A stretch of 64,000 nt of DNA, from NCBI GenBank assembly GCA_964016885.1, contig OZ024742.1:16802001-16866000 (forward strand). Reading direction: 5' to 3'. Shown piece after piece: positions 15,001 to 28,600 of this stretch. The stretch's first letter is position 1. Each line of letters begins with the position of its first letter. Made by a program: the position numbers and the translations under genes. The notes below the pieces were generated by a model. That model did no database searches. It saw nothing but the letters and a program-made list of their open reading frames with translations, and was not told where the DNA came from. Source of the stretch: Eledone cirrhosa (Eukaryota).

Positions 15001-17803
15001 GTAAGGAGTTAGCCTCAAATAGAAATAGGAAGGAAAGGGAGTTGGTAGATAGTGTAGAAGAGGCAATTAGAAGCGGCGTCGTGGCCAGAGTGCTAGCGTC
15101 GAGAACGGCCCTGGGCCAGTTCTTCGACGCGAAACACGAAGGCTGCATCGTCCGAAGCAAAATACGTGCTCTGGGAAACGAGGGGACCAAAGCTGTTAGC
15201 TGGGCCCGCGTGACAGAAGCCAAAAGAGGGAGCAGATCCACTATCCGGTCTTTGCGAGACCAGAATGGACGGGTGATCCTTGAACCTAAGCAGATGTGCG
15301 AGGCTTTTCAAAAGCACTTTGCCGGATTGTTCGGAAGGGGCGGGGAGCCGGTTGGGGATGTGGACTTCGGTCCATACCTCGACGGCTTGCCGCGTCTCTC
15401 GGACAGGGAGGCGAAGTCCTGCAAGGAGCCGATTTCAGCCGCTGAGATAGAGGACGTGCTGAGCCAATGCGGCAAACGCAAATCCCCGGGTCTCGATGGT
15501 CTTCCATACGAACTATATCTAGCTATGCCGGACTTGTTCCCCGATCTCCTCGAGGCGGTCTACTGCAACTGGCAACAGAACGAGAGAATTCCCTGTGCTG
15601 TGACCAAGGGCGTAGTCACGCTAGTGAGGAAGGACGAGAACAAGGGTGACGATATAAATAATTTCAGGCCCATAACGCTGCTAAATACAGAGTTACAGAT
15701 TTTGGCCAAGGTGCTAGCAAAGAGGTTGGCGCTTGTCGTGGTCAACCTGGTGGGAGATGCGCAGACATGTGCTATCCCGTCCAGGTCCATCCACGACAAC
15801 CTCCACCTCATGCGATACATCATAGAGAGGGTGGGGAACGAAACCGGCTTTGGTGGGGCCCTCATCAACTTGGATCAATCTAAGGTATTCGATAGAGTCG
15901 ACCATGGTTACCTGGATGCGGTGCTAGCGGCGGCAGGCTTCGGACCCGTTTTCAGGGGCTGGATCAATGCCATGCACAGCAGCCGCATCTGCTCTAGGGT
16001 CAAGGTGAACGGCTACCTCTCGGAGCCGTTCGAAATCGCGCGGTCCATCCGACAGGGGTGCCCTCTCTCCTCCCTTCTGTATGTAATGACTCTAGAGCCA
16101 CTGCTGCGGAAGTTGGAGTTGTTGCAGGGCATCCCGTTGGAACAGGGATTGCGGAAAGCGGTGTCAGCCTACGCCGATGACGTAACAGTAATGGTGTCGA
16201 CGGCCTCGGAAATCGGGGCGATCGGCACCTTACTGGAGGAGTACGAAAGGTTTACAGGGGCTAAGCTGAACCGGGACAAGTCGATCGGTCTGCAACTCGG
16301 TACGTGGAGGGGCAGATCGATGCCCTCCGATGGCTTCGTCGGGCGCTGGACGGAGGGTCCGGTGAAGTTGCTCGGGGTCTGGTTCGGACCAGACCTCCAG
16401 GTGGAGAAGAACTGGGGTGAGGTAACGAACAGGGTGTTTGCACTGACCCAGAAGTGGGCCGAGTGCAAACTGTCCCTGAAAGGTCGGGCGGAGGTGGCGA
16501 ACACTTATATAGCGTCCGTCATCTACTACCGCCTGACCGTTGTGCCTTGCCCAAGGGAAACGGTCGCCAAAATGGAGCGCGCACACTTCCAATTCATCTG
16601 GAAGAAGCGGGCTCCTATGGTGAGGAGATCCAACTGTTGTCAACACCCTTCGAAAGGAGAGCCGGGGATGCCGTGGCTAATGATACGTAAACACGCATTA
16701 AGGCTACGGCACATTCAGGTATTCCTCACCGAGGCCCCGTTTGTGAGACGAGCCTTTCCTAGACTCGTCTCACTCACCGAGCTGCAATCCTGGGTCAAGC
16801 AAAGACCGAGAAAACTGGGCGCCTGGCACACCGAGTGTGCCCAGGCACTCACGGCTCTCTGGTAGGCGGACCCGGCTGTCAGTGGAGAATCCACCTCGTC
16901 ATTGTATAGAGGGCTGGTGGTTAGCAGGTGCGACGACGCCCTCGGAGAAGCCCTAGGCATGGAGAAAGACGAACTGGCCAACCTGTTCGGTAGGACATTC
17001 AGCCCGGGACCCATGGATAACTTCCAAAGGTCCCTGGCCTGTCAATGCTACTGAAGGGCTCTGCCCGTTCGAGAAAGGCTCTACAGACACGGGCGCCCGG
17101 GTAGGGACCGCTCGAAAAAGATCTGTCCCAGATGCGTGTGCGACGAGGAAACCGTTGCACACGCATTGGTACACTGCTCGGGCATTGCGGATCTGTGGGG
17201 CTATGTCGAACAACTGCTGACAAGGGTGGGACCGATCCGGTTGACCACCGAGTCTATTGTAACGATAAAGCCGCCTCCCCTCTTCAAAAACGAAGAAGAG
17301 GCGGTGTTTCTGTGCTAATAGCCATGGCGAAAGAGGTTGTATGGTGGACGCGTCTGAAAGGACTGAGGTCAGACACCTTTCTCTCTGGCCAACAACTGGT
17401 CCGTTTCTTCCGATATCATTTCGGAAGAAGGATCAGGATGGAGAGAGAGGTGCTGCACCCCAGCCGTTTTTATGAAAGGTGGGTGAAAGTGGCGAGAATG
17501 GCCCGTGTGAATGGGCCGTCACTCTACATCAGACTATAGGTGAGGAAGATGAAAGACCAAGGGAGCACCCCTTCTCTGTGCTCCCGAGGAAAAGGGTTGC
17601 ACACTTTTTTTCGGGGGTGTGTGCGACCCCCCAAGGCGCCTCCTCTCTATTGAGGATTTTGTTATAAATTTTATTTTTTGTTATATTTTATTTTATTTTT
17701 ATATATTGTTATTGCCTCCTCCTTATTGAGGACGCCTTGTTTTGTAAACTCCCCCCATTGTACTTGTCCCACTTTTGATGCCCTGGTGGCAAATAAAAGA
17801 AAC
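12072..17803 (+). mobile_element. Full-length Tx1 subfamily A copy 2, with several frameshifts and stops
   Basis: 5'UTR and ORF1 pieces (12284-14091) and ORF2 pieces (14092-17539) are collinear with 23676-29399. (TATC)n flanks. Confidence 0.93.
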
Positions 17804-17804
17804 A

Positions 17805-17836
<32 letters not shown>

Positions 17837-17837
17837 A

Positions 17838-20800
17838 ATCTAGCTGTCGTCTGTTCTACAGTGTGGATGTCATTCACTTCGCACAGAAGTTTTGTTCAAA
17901 TTTATTGAGGAAATTTTGTGAGTTCAAACTTAATTTTGATACAATTGTGTAGCTTGACCCTCCGTCTGAACTGTCAGGCGGTGGGTCAGCTCATCTTTAC
18001 CCCTCCTAGAGGTGAAAAACCTGTTTTAAAAAAATTTGTGTAAAAAATTTCAATCGTCTAACAGAAATGTTAAACGCAGCGAACGAAAATAGTGGTGGGG
18101 GGACAGCGGTAAGAGTTGTAAGCTCGCACGCTTTAGCCCTCCCTTCCTTCCCAACTAACGTCATAGAGAAGGAAGGAAAAATTAAAATAAAAACAGACGA
18201 ATCTGCGGAGAAAAAATTAAATGACGAAAACACAAATCTGGACTTGGATTCCAACAACGAAAAAAAAAAATTTCAAAAATTGCATGACAATACTAATAAC
18301 ACAAACAAAGACACAACAAACAAAAATAACAGTTGAAAATAACACCATATCAGAAAAGAAAGCAGACGACAAGATTTCATTTGCACAGAAAACAAAGAAA
18401 TCTTTGACTTATATAGCGGAAAACATTTCAGATGTGGTACGAAGGATCACGGACGCCAAACAATACATAAGTGAAGGAGAGAATGGTATTTTATCGGTAA
18501 AAATGCCTCAAGAATTCACGAAAGACATTGAAAGCCGAACGGTCAAGTTTCGGACCATCAACAACAGTACAAAAAAACCTGAACAGCCTTCTCAAGCAGA
18601 TATCAAAACAGTACTCACAGAAGTACTTAATGAAACCACTTTCATAAGAAAAGCCAGACTGTATGGAAGCCTAGCAATTATCATGAAGAACGAATCGGCG
18701 GCAAAATAATGTGCTTTGTCACCGATTCGTTCGAAAAATTTCACCTTTTATCCATCTTATATGGGGAAAAGAACGCATATGGCTGGATGCAATGATGCCA
18801 GATGTGGACTACTGCTGGCTCATAGCTGGCTTCATCGATCCAGTGAATGACAACGTGATTTCCATTGGGAAAACCACAGGCAATGCGTTCAGTGGAACAG
18901 GTATAGAGCTGGTAGTACAAATGAAGCCTGAATGCATCGCCCAAATACCCGACAGAATCCTATTAGAGGACCACGGGTATATAAATATTAGCGTGGAGGG
19001 GAGAAGGCCGTCCTGCCATATCTGTACAAGCAGAGGGCACCTGAATGCCGCTTGTCCCCAACTCAACAAAAAGAAAACCCTGCTACCAACACCAGCTCCA
19101 CCACCACAACAGATAAACAAACAACAAAACTCAGTCCCACCCAACCCGTCCCTCAGTAAAACCACAACACCACCACAACACAAACAGTCACAACACATTA
19201 CCCCAAAACAAAATACAGGCCCACCCAACCTCTCACTCAATAAAACAACACAACCACCGCAGACACAACACACAACACAGTCTAACATAGTGACATCCAT
19301 CTCCCCCACAAAGAAAACCAACACGGAAACATTACCAGCAAACATACCTCTTCCCTCCAACACTGAAGATAACCCAACGAATTCGGAGGAAGAAACGGAG
19401 TCCTTCAGACAGATTAAAAGGAAAAAAAGAAAACATGTGCAAAACACACAAGGACAAACAACCCCCACCCAAATCTCAACACAATCCAACAAAACAGAAA
19501 ACACCCCTCCAGCAACAAACAAAACCAAACCTGCCCCTCCCCTCTTCGAAACACTCACACCATCGGAAAAAAAGACATTACACTATACTTACATCAACAG
19601 AAACAATAATAAATTAAATGAGCTCATATACAATAATCCTTCGGTACAAACCGAAGGTGTAAACTTTGTTTCATCAGAAAACTACCCACATTTAAAACTA
19701 ATAAAGATCCCAATGAACCTCTACCAAAAACTAAAAAAGGATTTTAAGGAGGACGTAGGACCACCCTCTGTCAAACCCATAAACCGCGTCCTACTAAAAA
19801 GCTTTTCCCCTCCCCTTCCCCTCCCCAACACAACTCCAAACACCCCAACCCCACCACACACTGACGACCCCACACCACCACAAGACACCCCTTCACCCAA
19901 CACCCCCGACCCCATGGAAGTCGTGCAACCCGAACCCCGGGAAGCGGAAAGGTAGGTCTCTACACTCTCCTTTGGCTCTGCCGCCCACATGGATGTGTTA
20001 AGAGTAGGATGTTTGAATGCACGTGGCCTGGGCTCAACTTGGAAGCAAGCAAAGCTTCTAAATGACCTCAGGTCATGTAGTATAAATGTAATGGTTATCT
20101 GTGAGACTCGAATCAGCGTCGTGCGGCAGCTGGCCCCCACCTTCGATGACTTTGAGGTGCATGCATCTCTCTGTCAACCTGGAGGTGGGGGTGGGGTTGT
20201 CGTACTGCTGCAAAAACACCTGGGTCTTGCCGTACAGGTTGTGCACTCGGACCCGGAGGGTCGTTTGTTGGTGCTAGACGTTGGCAGTAGTGAAAGTGCG
20301 GCCTTGAGACTGATCGCCGTCTACTCCCCTTTCGGAGCTGAACGGCCCGACTTCTTCCAGCGTTTGGAGACTTTTCTGGGAACGTCGCGTTCCCTGGTTC
20401 TAGCGGGGGATTGGAATGACATCCTGGATGCACGTTGGGACTATGCAGGAGCATGTCCTAATAGAGGGGGGTGTAACAGCCTCAAGGGGTTACTCGACCG
20501 TTTTAACTTGGTCGATAGATATCGACTAGATTTTCCAACTGTGCCTACCTGGACTTGGAGAAACCACAGTGGTCAATCTAGATCGTACTTAGATAGATTC
20601 TTAGTTAGAAGTAAGGATAGGGACATATTAAGCTGTCCAGAAATGCGCACGGTTGGCTACACGGATCACAAATTAGTGACCTGCGTGGTCAATCTCGAGA
20701 AAACACATAGACAGGGTCCCGGTTACTGGAAACTTAATTTGTCTTTACCGGCAAAAGAGACTTACAGAAACCGGATTAGCAGATTAGTTAAGGAGAGGTT

Positions 20801-23589
20801 GACGGGTGCAATCGTCAACAACCGATGGTGGGCATCTCTCAAAAGAGAGATTAGAACAGAATCAATAAGTTATAGCAAGATGTTAGCTGCCGATAGGAAT
20901 AGAAATGAGAAAGAATTAACAGGTAACTTAGAAGAGGCAATCAAGAGCGAAGATGCGGCCAGAGTGCTGGCATCGAGGACGGCCTTGAACCAGTTTTTCG
21001 ATGCAAAGCACGAAGGCTGCGTCATCCGAAGTAAAATACGTGCTCTAGGTAATGAGGGGGCCAAAGCCGTTGGATGAGCACGCGTGACAGAAGCTAAGAG
21101 TGGAAATCGATCCACCATCCGGTCGTTGCAAGACGAAGATGGACGGGTGATCCGGGAGCCTAAGCAGATGTGCGAGGCCTTTCAAAGGCACTTTGCCCGA
21201 TTGTTCGGGGGAGGCGAGGGTCCGGGCGGGGGCGTGGATTTCGGTCCATACCTCGACGGCCTGCCGCGTCTCTCGAACGAAGACACAGAGTCCTGCGAGG
21301 GACCAATCTCGGCTGATGAGATCGGAGATGCGCTGAGCCAATGCAGCAGACGCAAATCTCCAGGTCTCGATGGTATACCTTACGAACTTTATTTAGCAAT
21401 GCCGGTCTTCTTCTCCGAACTCCTCGAAGCGGTCTACTGCAATTGGCAGCAGAACGGGAGAATTCCTTGTTCTGTAGCCAAGGGCGTAGTCACGCTGGTG
21501 AGGAAGGACGAGAACAAGGGGGATAATATAAATAATTTTCGGCCCATAACCCTGCTAAACACAGAGTTAAAGATTTTGGCCAAGGTGTTAGCAAAGAGTT
21601 TGGCGCTTGTCGTGGGTGGCCTGGTGGGAGATGCGCAGACATGTGCTATCCCATCCAGGTCCATTCACGATAACCTCCACCTCATGCGATACATCATAGA
21701 GAGGGTTGGCAACAAACCCGGCTTCGGTGGGGCCCTGATCAACTTAGATCAGTCTAAGGCCTTCGATAGGGTCGACCATGGTTACCTGGATGCGGTGCTA
21801 GCGGCGGCTGGGTTCGGTCCTGTCTTCAGAGGCTGGATCACTGCCCTACATATCAACCACATCTGTTCTAGGATCAAGGTGAACGGCTACCTTTCGAAGC
21901 CGTTCGAAATCACACGATCCATTCGACAGGGGTGCCCTCTCTCCTCCCTTCTGTACGTATTGACTCTCGAGCCTTTACTGAGGAAGTTGGAGTTGTTGCA
22001 GGGTATCCCCCTGGAACCAGGATTGAGCAAAACGGTGTAGGCCTATGCCGATGATGTAACAGTAATGGTATCAACCGACTCGGAGATCGAGGCGATCGGT
22101 ACCTTACTGGAGGAGTACGAAAGGTTGTCAGGAGCGAAACTGAACCGGGAAAAATCCATCGGGCTGCAACTCGGAACGTGGAGAGGCAGACCGATGCCTC
22201 CTGACGGTGTCGTCGGACACTGGACGGAGGGCCCGGTAAAGTTGCTTGGGGTCTGGTTTGGACCGGCCCTCCAGGTGGAAAAGAACTGGAACGAGGTTAC
22301 GAACAAGGTGTTTGCACTAACCCAGAAATGGGCCAAGTGTAAGCTGTCCCTAAAAGGCCGGGCGGAGGTGGCGAACATTTACATAGCGTCCGTCACTTAC
22401 TACCGCCTGACTGTCGTGCCTTGCCCTAAGGAAACACTCACCACCATGGAACGCATGCTCTTCCAATTTCTTTGGAAGAAGCGTCCTCCTATGGTGGTTG
22501 ATGATGCGTAGGCACGCATTAAGGCTACGGCACCTACAGGTATTCCTCACTGGTCAACCGGTGTGGGCTCCGTTCGTGAAACGAGCCTTTCCGAGACTCG
22601 TCTCGCTCACCGAGCTACAGTCCTGGGTCAAGCAAAGATCCGGAAAACTGGGAGACTAGCACACTGAGTGTGCTCAGGCGCTCAGGGCTCTCTGGCAAGC
22701 GGGCCGGGCCATCGGTGGAGAATCCACCTCATCATTCTATAGAGGGCTGGTGGCTAGCAGGGGCGATGACACCCTTGGAGAGTCGCTGGACATGGAAGAA
22801 GACGAACTGGCCAGCCTGTTCGGTAGGACTTTCGGCCCAGGACCAATGGACAACTTCCAGAAGTCACTGGCCTGGCAGTGCTACCGGGGGGCTCTACCCG
22901 TTCGAGAGAGGCTCTACAGACACGGGCGCCCGGGCAGGGATCCCTCAAAAAAGATTTGCCCTAGATGCGTGCGTCACGAAGAAACCGTTGCGCACGCATT
23001 GGTGCAATGTCCGGGCGTGGCTGATCTGTGGGGCTACGCCGAACGACTGCTGTCGCGGGTGGCGCCGATTAAATTGACCGCCGAGTCCGTGATGACAATC
23101 AAACCGCCTCCCCTCTTCACAAAGGAAGCAAAGGCGGTTTTTCTGTGCGTAATAGCCATGTTGAAAGAGGTTGTTTGGTGGACACGATTGAAAGGTCTGA
23201 AGTCAGGCAACTTCCTCTCTGGCCATAGTCTGGTCTACTTCTTCCGATATCACTTCGGAAGAAGGATAAGAATGGAGAGAGAGGTGCTTGGCCACAGGCA
23301 GTTTTATGAAAGGTGGGTGATAGTGGCGAGAATGGCTCGTGTAAATGGGCCTTCTCTGTATACCATCCTGTAGGTAAAGAAGTAAAGGAGAAGGGAGCAC
23401 CTTCTCCATGTGCTCCCCGGGCAAAGAATTGCACACTTTTTCGGGGGTGTGTGCAACCCCCATCACGTCCCCTCCCTTTTGAGGTTATTTTCGATTATTT
23501 TCATGTTACACCCTTTTTACTCGATTATATGTAAACTCCCCCTTTGTATTTGTCCCTTCTTTTTATGCCTTTATGGTAAATAAAGAAAT
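17838..23589 (+). mobile_element. Full-length Tx1 subfamily B (diverged), with several premature stops
   Basis: ORF1 pieces 18067-19955 (CHICTSRGHLNAAC knuckle) and ORF2 pieces 19989-23373. (TATC)n flanks. Confidence 0.92.
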
Positions 23590-23624
23590 CTATCTATCTA
23601 TTTATCTATCTATCTTTCTATCTA

Positions 23625-23656
<32 letters not shown>

Positions 23657-23890
23657 ACTATCTATCTATCTATCTCTGGGATGGACACACGCGTATAACT
23701 TGCTGAGTAAGTTCTGTTTAAATTTCTATAGAAATTCTTGTCTGATAACTTTAATTTTTGTACCATTTTGTAGAGGGACTGCCAGGTCAAACTTTGATCT
23801 GGTCAGTCTCTCAAAATATTCTACGCCTTTAGGCGAAATAGTTAAACAAAAAAAAAGTTTTTTCTTGTTGAAAAGTCAATATTTTTTTAA

Positions 23891-25633
23891 ATGGCCGAAG
23901 CTTCTTCACCAAAATTCGAAGGAGGAAAGGGAAAGATGAACTTACAGCTTCCCCCTGCCACTGTCACAGTAGCAGAGGTCAAGAAGAAAGGTCAGCCAGA
24001 GGAAGAATTCTCTCCACCTGTTAACCGACAACTTGATGTTGCCATGGCAACAACTCAAAGAACCAGCAGCAACAGCAACAACAACAACAATGCGACGGAC
24101 GAAAACAACACCAATAACAATAACAACAACAAGACCAATAACGGTGACAACAACAACAATGATAACAACAACACCACCAACGACAACAACAACACAAACA
24201 AACAAAATTTCTCCTTCGCCGAGACGACAAGGAAAACCCTCGACTATCTGCCAGTAGATATAACAAAAGCGAAGGAGCTACTGGCGGATGCGAAAAAATA
24301 TATAGTGTACGGGGAAAATGGTTCATTCACAATCCATTCCCCCCCGGAACTAAAAAGCCAGAGACTCCTAAACACGGTCATGTTTAGGACAATCTCGAAC
24401 AAAAGTAAAAAACCAGCTCAACCATCACAGAGCGAGATAGAGCTGGTTTTAAAAGACGTCATGAAGGACATCACCTTCATTCAGAAGGATAGACTCTACG
24501 GGAGTCTATCCATTCTCATGAAGGACAGGGACACAGCAGTGAAACTGTCCATCAAACCAATCACATCCACCGCATACACCTTCTACCCTACGTACATGGG
24601 TAGAAGAACACAAAAAATAAAAATCCACACCATCCTGCCGATTATGGACATATGGTGGGTTTTGACAGGTTTTCTGGACCTGGAGGATGACATGCTGGTG
24701 TCCATGGGAAAGGCATCGGGTGACGCGTTCAGTGGAACGAGCCTCGAACTTGTAGTTCAAATGAGGCCCGAAAGGATCGCCCAGATCCCTGAACGCGTCA
24801 TACTGGATGATCTAACCTTCATCAACATTACCGTTGAGGGTAGACGGCCCTCGTGTTACCTCTGCGGAACCAGAGGTCACCTGAGGGCTGTCTGTCCCGA
24901 ACTTAATAAGAAAACCCCAATCCTGCCTACACCACCAACAACTGCACAACCAACACAATCACCACAACTACCACTACAAAAACAACCACCACAGCTCAAA
25001 CCAAAACAAAACAATGTCCAACCCATCCCCTCCACTCAAAAAACAAAAACAATTTCCAAAACACCCGTACCGCAAACACAACCCGAAAATATACCCCTCC
25101 CCTCCAACGCGGAAGATGACCCTAGTTCGTCGTCAGACGAGGAGGAGCACTTCCACACAATCAAAAGAAAAAAAAGAAAACACACCTCAGACACACAAAT
25201 GAAAAAAACCCCTCCCCAAAACATAACACTGACACCAACACAAAAGAGCTCACAACAACAGCAAACAAAAAACACCACACAAAAACAAAAACATGCATAC
25301 ACATACATAAATACAAGAAACAAAAAACTGTTAAACATTGTGTACAACAACAATCTAATAAAAACACAAGGGCCTAACTTCACCCAGGCAGGGGATTTCC
25401 CCCACCTCAAAATGATTAAGGCCCCACAGGACACCTATAAAACTTTAAAAAACAATTTTAAAGAGGACGTGGGTCCCCCCTGCGTCGGGCCCATTAACCG
25501 CGTCCTCCTAAAAAACTATCCCACCCCCTCCCCAAACACCCACACAACTCCAAGCTCCCCAACCACACATCACACTGATGCCCCCACACTTCCACAAACC
25601 ACCACCCCACCCAACAACCCATCCCCACCCTAA
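23891..25633 (+). CDS. Tx1 ORF1 protein (nucleic-acid binding, one CCHC zinc knuckle)
   Basis: CYLCGTRGHLRAVC (CX2CX4HX4C), Asn-rich tract, P/T/Q-rich linker and a KRKKRK basic motif. A 1-nt loss in a C-run near 25624 removes the last ~14 aa seen in sister copies, whose stop corresponds to 25672-25674. Confidence 0.88.
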   Translation: MAEASSPKFEGGKGKMNLQLPPATVTVAEVKKKGQPEEEFSPPVNRQLDVAMATTQRTSSNSNNNNNATDENNTNNNNNNKTNNGDNNNNDNNNTTNDNNNTNKQNFSFAETTRKTLDYLPVDITKAKELLADAKKYIVYGENGSFTIHSPPELKSQRLLNTVMFRTISNKSKKPAQPSQSEIELVLKDVMKDITFIQKDRLYGSLSILMKDRDTAVKLSIKPITSTAYTFYPTYMGRRTQKIKIHTILPIMDIWWVLTGFLDLEDDMLVSMGKASGDAFSGTSLELVVQMRPERIAQIPERVILDDLTFINITVEGRRPSCYLCGTRGHLRAVCPELNKKTPILPTPPTTAQPTQSPQLPLQKQPPQLKPKQNNVQPIPSTQKTKTISKTPVPQTQPENIPLPSNAEDDPSSSSDEEEHFHTIKRKKRKHTSDTQMKKTPPQNITLTPTQKSSQQQQTKNTTQKQKHAYTYINTRNKKLLNIVYNNNLIKTQGPNFTQAGDFPHLKMIKAPQDTYKTLKNNFKEDVGPPCVGPINRVLLKNYPTPSPNTHTTPSSPTTHHTDAPTLPQTTTPPNNPSPP

Positions 25634-25698
25634 TGGAAATTGTGCAGCCCGATACCCGGGAAGCAGAGAGGTAAGTGCCTTTTCTCTTCACTACCAAC

Positions 25699-28600
25699 AT
25701 GGCTATGCTAAGAGTAGGCTGTTTAAATGCGCGTGGCCTGGGCTCAACTTGGAAGCAAGCAATGCTTCTAAATGACCTCAGGTCACAACGTATAGATGTG
25801 ATGGTTATTTGCGAGGCCCGGATCAGCAACGTGCGACAGCTGACCCCCACCTTTGATGACTTTGAGATGCACGCATCTCTCTGTCAGCCCGGAGGCGGGG
25901 GTGGAGTTGTCGTTCTGCTGCAAAAACATCTGGGTCTCGCAACACAGATGGTACATTTGGACCCGGAGGGTCGACTAGTGGTTCTGGACCTTGGCAGTGG
26001 TAAAGGCGGAGCGTTTAGGTTGGTAGCCGCCTACGGCCCTTTCGGGTCAATGCGGCCGGACTTCTTCCATCGTCTGGAGACTTTTCTAGGGACGTCCCGC
26101 TCCTTGCTATTAGTGGGGGACTGGAATGGTATCCTAGATGCACGCTGGGACTACGTAGGGGCCTGCCCCGATAGAGAGGGGTGTAATAGCCTCAAAGGGT
26201 TAATCGGTCGATTTGACCTGGCCGATAGATATCGACTAGATTTTCCGACTGCGCCAACCTGGACTTGGGCAAATCGTAGCGGATCATCTAGGTCGTACCT
26301 AGATAGGTTCTTAGTTAGAATTAAGGATAAGGACTTTTTAAGTTGTCCAAAAATGCGCATGGTTGGCTATTCAGACCACAAATTAGTGACCTGCATGGTC
26401 AACCTTGACAGAACTCATAGACAGGGCCCCGGTTACTGGAAGCTCAACTTGTCCTTGCCGGCAAGTAGAGCCTACAGGAATCGGATTAGTACGTTAGTTA
26501 AGGAACGGTTGACTGGAGCGATCGTCAACAGCAGGTGGTGGGTATCTCTAAAGAGAGAGATTAGAGTAGTCTCGATAGAATTTAGTAAGGTTCTAGCTGC
26601 GGATAGGAATAGGAAGGAAAGGGAGCTAATAGATAGAGTAGAAGAGGCAATTAGAAGCGGCGACGTGGCCAGAGTGCTAGCGTTAAGAACGGCTTTGAGC
26701 CAGTTTTTCGACGCGAAGCACGAAGGCTGCGTTGTCCGAAGTAAAATACGTGCTCTAGGGAACGAGGGGACCAAAGCTGTTAGCTGGGCCCGCGTGACAG
26801 AGGCCAACAGTGGAACTAAATCAACCATCCGGTCTTTGCGAGACCTGGATGGACGAGCGATTCTTGAGCCTAAGCAGATGTGTGAGGCCTTTCAAAGGCA
26901 CTTTGCCCGACTGTTCGGGAGGGGCGGGGAGCCGGTTGGGAACGTGGACTTCGGTCCATACCTCGACGGCCTGCCGAGCCTCTCGGACAGGGAGGCGAAG
27001 TCCTGCGAGGAGCCGATTTCGGCCGCTGAGATAGAGGACGTGCTGAGCCAATGCGGCAAACGCAAATCCCCGGGTCTCGATGGTCTTCCTTACGAATTAT
27101 ATCTAGCTATGCCGGACTTGTTCCCCGATCTCCTCGAGGTGGTCTACTGCAACTGGCAACAGAACGGGAGAATTCCCTGTACTGTGACCAAGGGCGTAGT
27201 CACGCTAGTGAGGAAGGACGAGAACAAGGGGGACGAAATAAGTAACTTCAGGCCCATAACACTGCTAAATACAGAGTTACAGATTTTGGCCAAGGTGCTA
27301 GCAAAGAGGTTGGCGCTTGTCGTGGGCAACCTGGTGGGAGATGCGCAGACATGCGCTATCCCGTCCAGGTCCATCCATGACAACCTCCACCTCATGCGAT
27401 ACATCATAGAGAGGGTTGGGAACGAACCCGGCTTTGGTGGGGCTCTGATCAACTTGGATCAATCTAAGGCGTTCGATAGGGTCGACCATGGTTACCTGGA
27501 TGCGGTGCTAGCGGCGGCAGGCTTCGGACCCGTTTTCAGGGGCTGGATCACTGCTATGCACAGCAGCCGCATCTGCTCTAGGGTCAAGGTGAACGGCTAC
27601 CTCTCGGAGCCGTTCAAAATCGCGCGGTCCATCCGACAAGGGTGCCCTCTCTCCTCCCTTCTGTATGTGTTGACTCTAGAGCCACTACTGCGGAAGTTGG
27701 AGTTGTTGCAGGGCATCCCTTTGGAACCGGGATTGCGGAAAGCGGTGTCGGCCTACGCCGATGACGTGACAGTAATGGTGTCGACGGCCTCCGAAATCGA
27801 GGCGGTCGGCACCTTACTGGAGGAGTACGAAAAGTTCACAGGGGCTAAGCTGAACCGGGACAAGTCGATCGGTTTGCAACTCGGCACGTGGAGGGGCAGA
27901 CCGATGCCCTCCGATGGCGTCGTCGGACGCTGGACGGAGGGCCCGGTGAAGTTGCTCGGGGTCTGGTTCGGACCGGACCTCCAGGTGGAGAAAAACTGGG
28001 CGGAGGTTACGAACAGGGTGTTTGCACTGACCCAGAAGTGGGCCAGTTGCAAACTATCCCTGAAAGGTCGGGCGGAGGTGGCGAACACCTACATAGCGTC
28101 CGTCATCTACTACCGCCTGACCGTAGTGCCCTGCCCAAGGGAAACCCTCACCAAGATGGAGCGCGCGCTCTTCCAATTCCTTTGGAAGAGGCGGGCTCCT
28201 ATGGTGAGGAGATCCATCTGCTGTCAACACCCTTCGAAAGGAGGGCTGGGGATGCCGTGGCTAATGATGCGTAAACACGCATTAAGGCTACGGCACCTCT
28301 ACGTATTCCTCACCGGACAACCGGTGTGGGCCTCGTTTGTGAGACGAACCTTTCCCAGACTCGTCTCACTCACCGAGCTGCAATCCTGGGTCAAGCAAAG
28401 ACCGAGAAAACTGGGCGCCTGGCACACTGAGTGTGCCCAGGCGCTCACCGCCCTCTGGCAGGCGGATCCGGTTATCAGTGGAGACTCCACCGCAACATTC
28501 TATAGAGGGCTGGTACGCAGCAGGTGCGACGACGCCCTCGGAGAAGCCCTAGACATGGAGGAGGACGAACTGGCCAGCCTGTTCGGTAGGACATTCAGCC

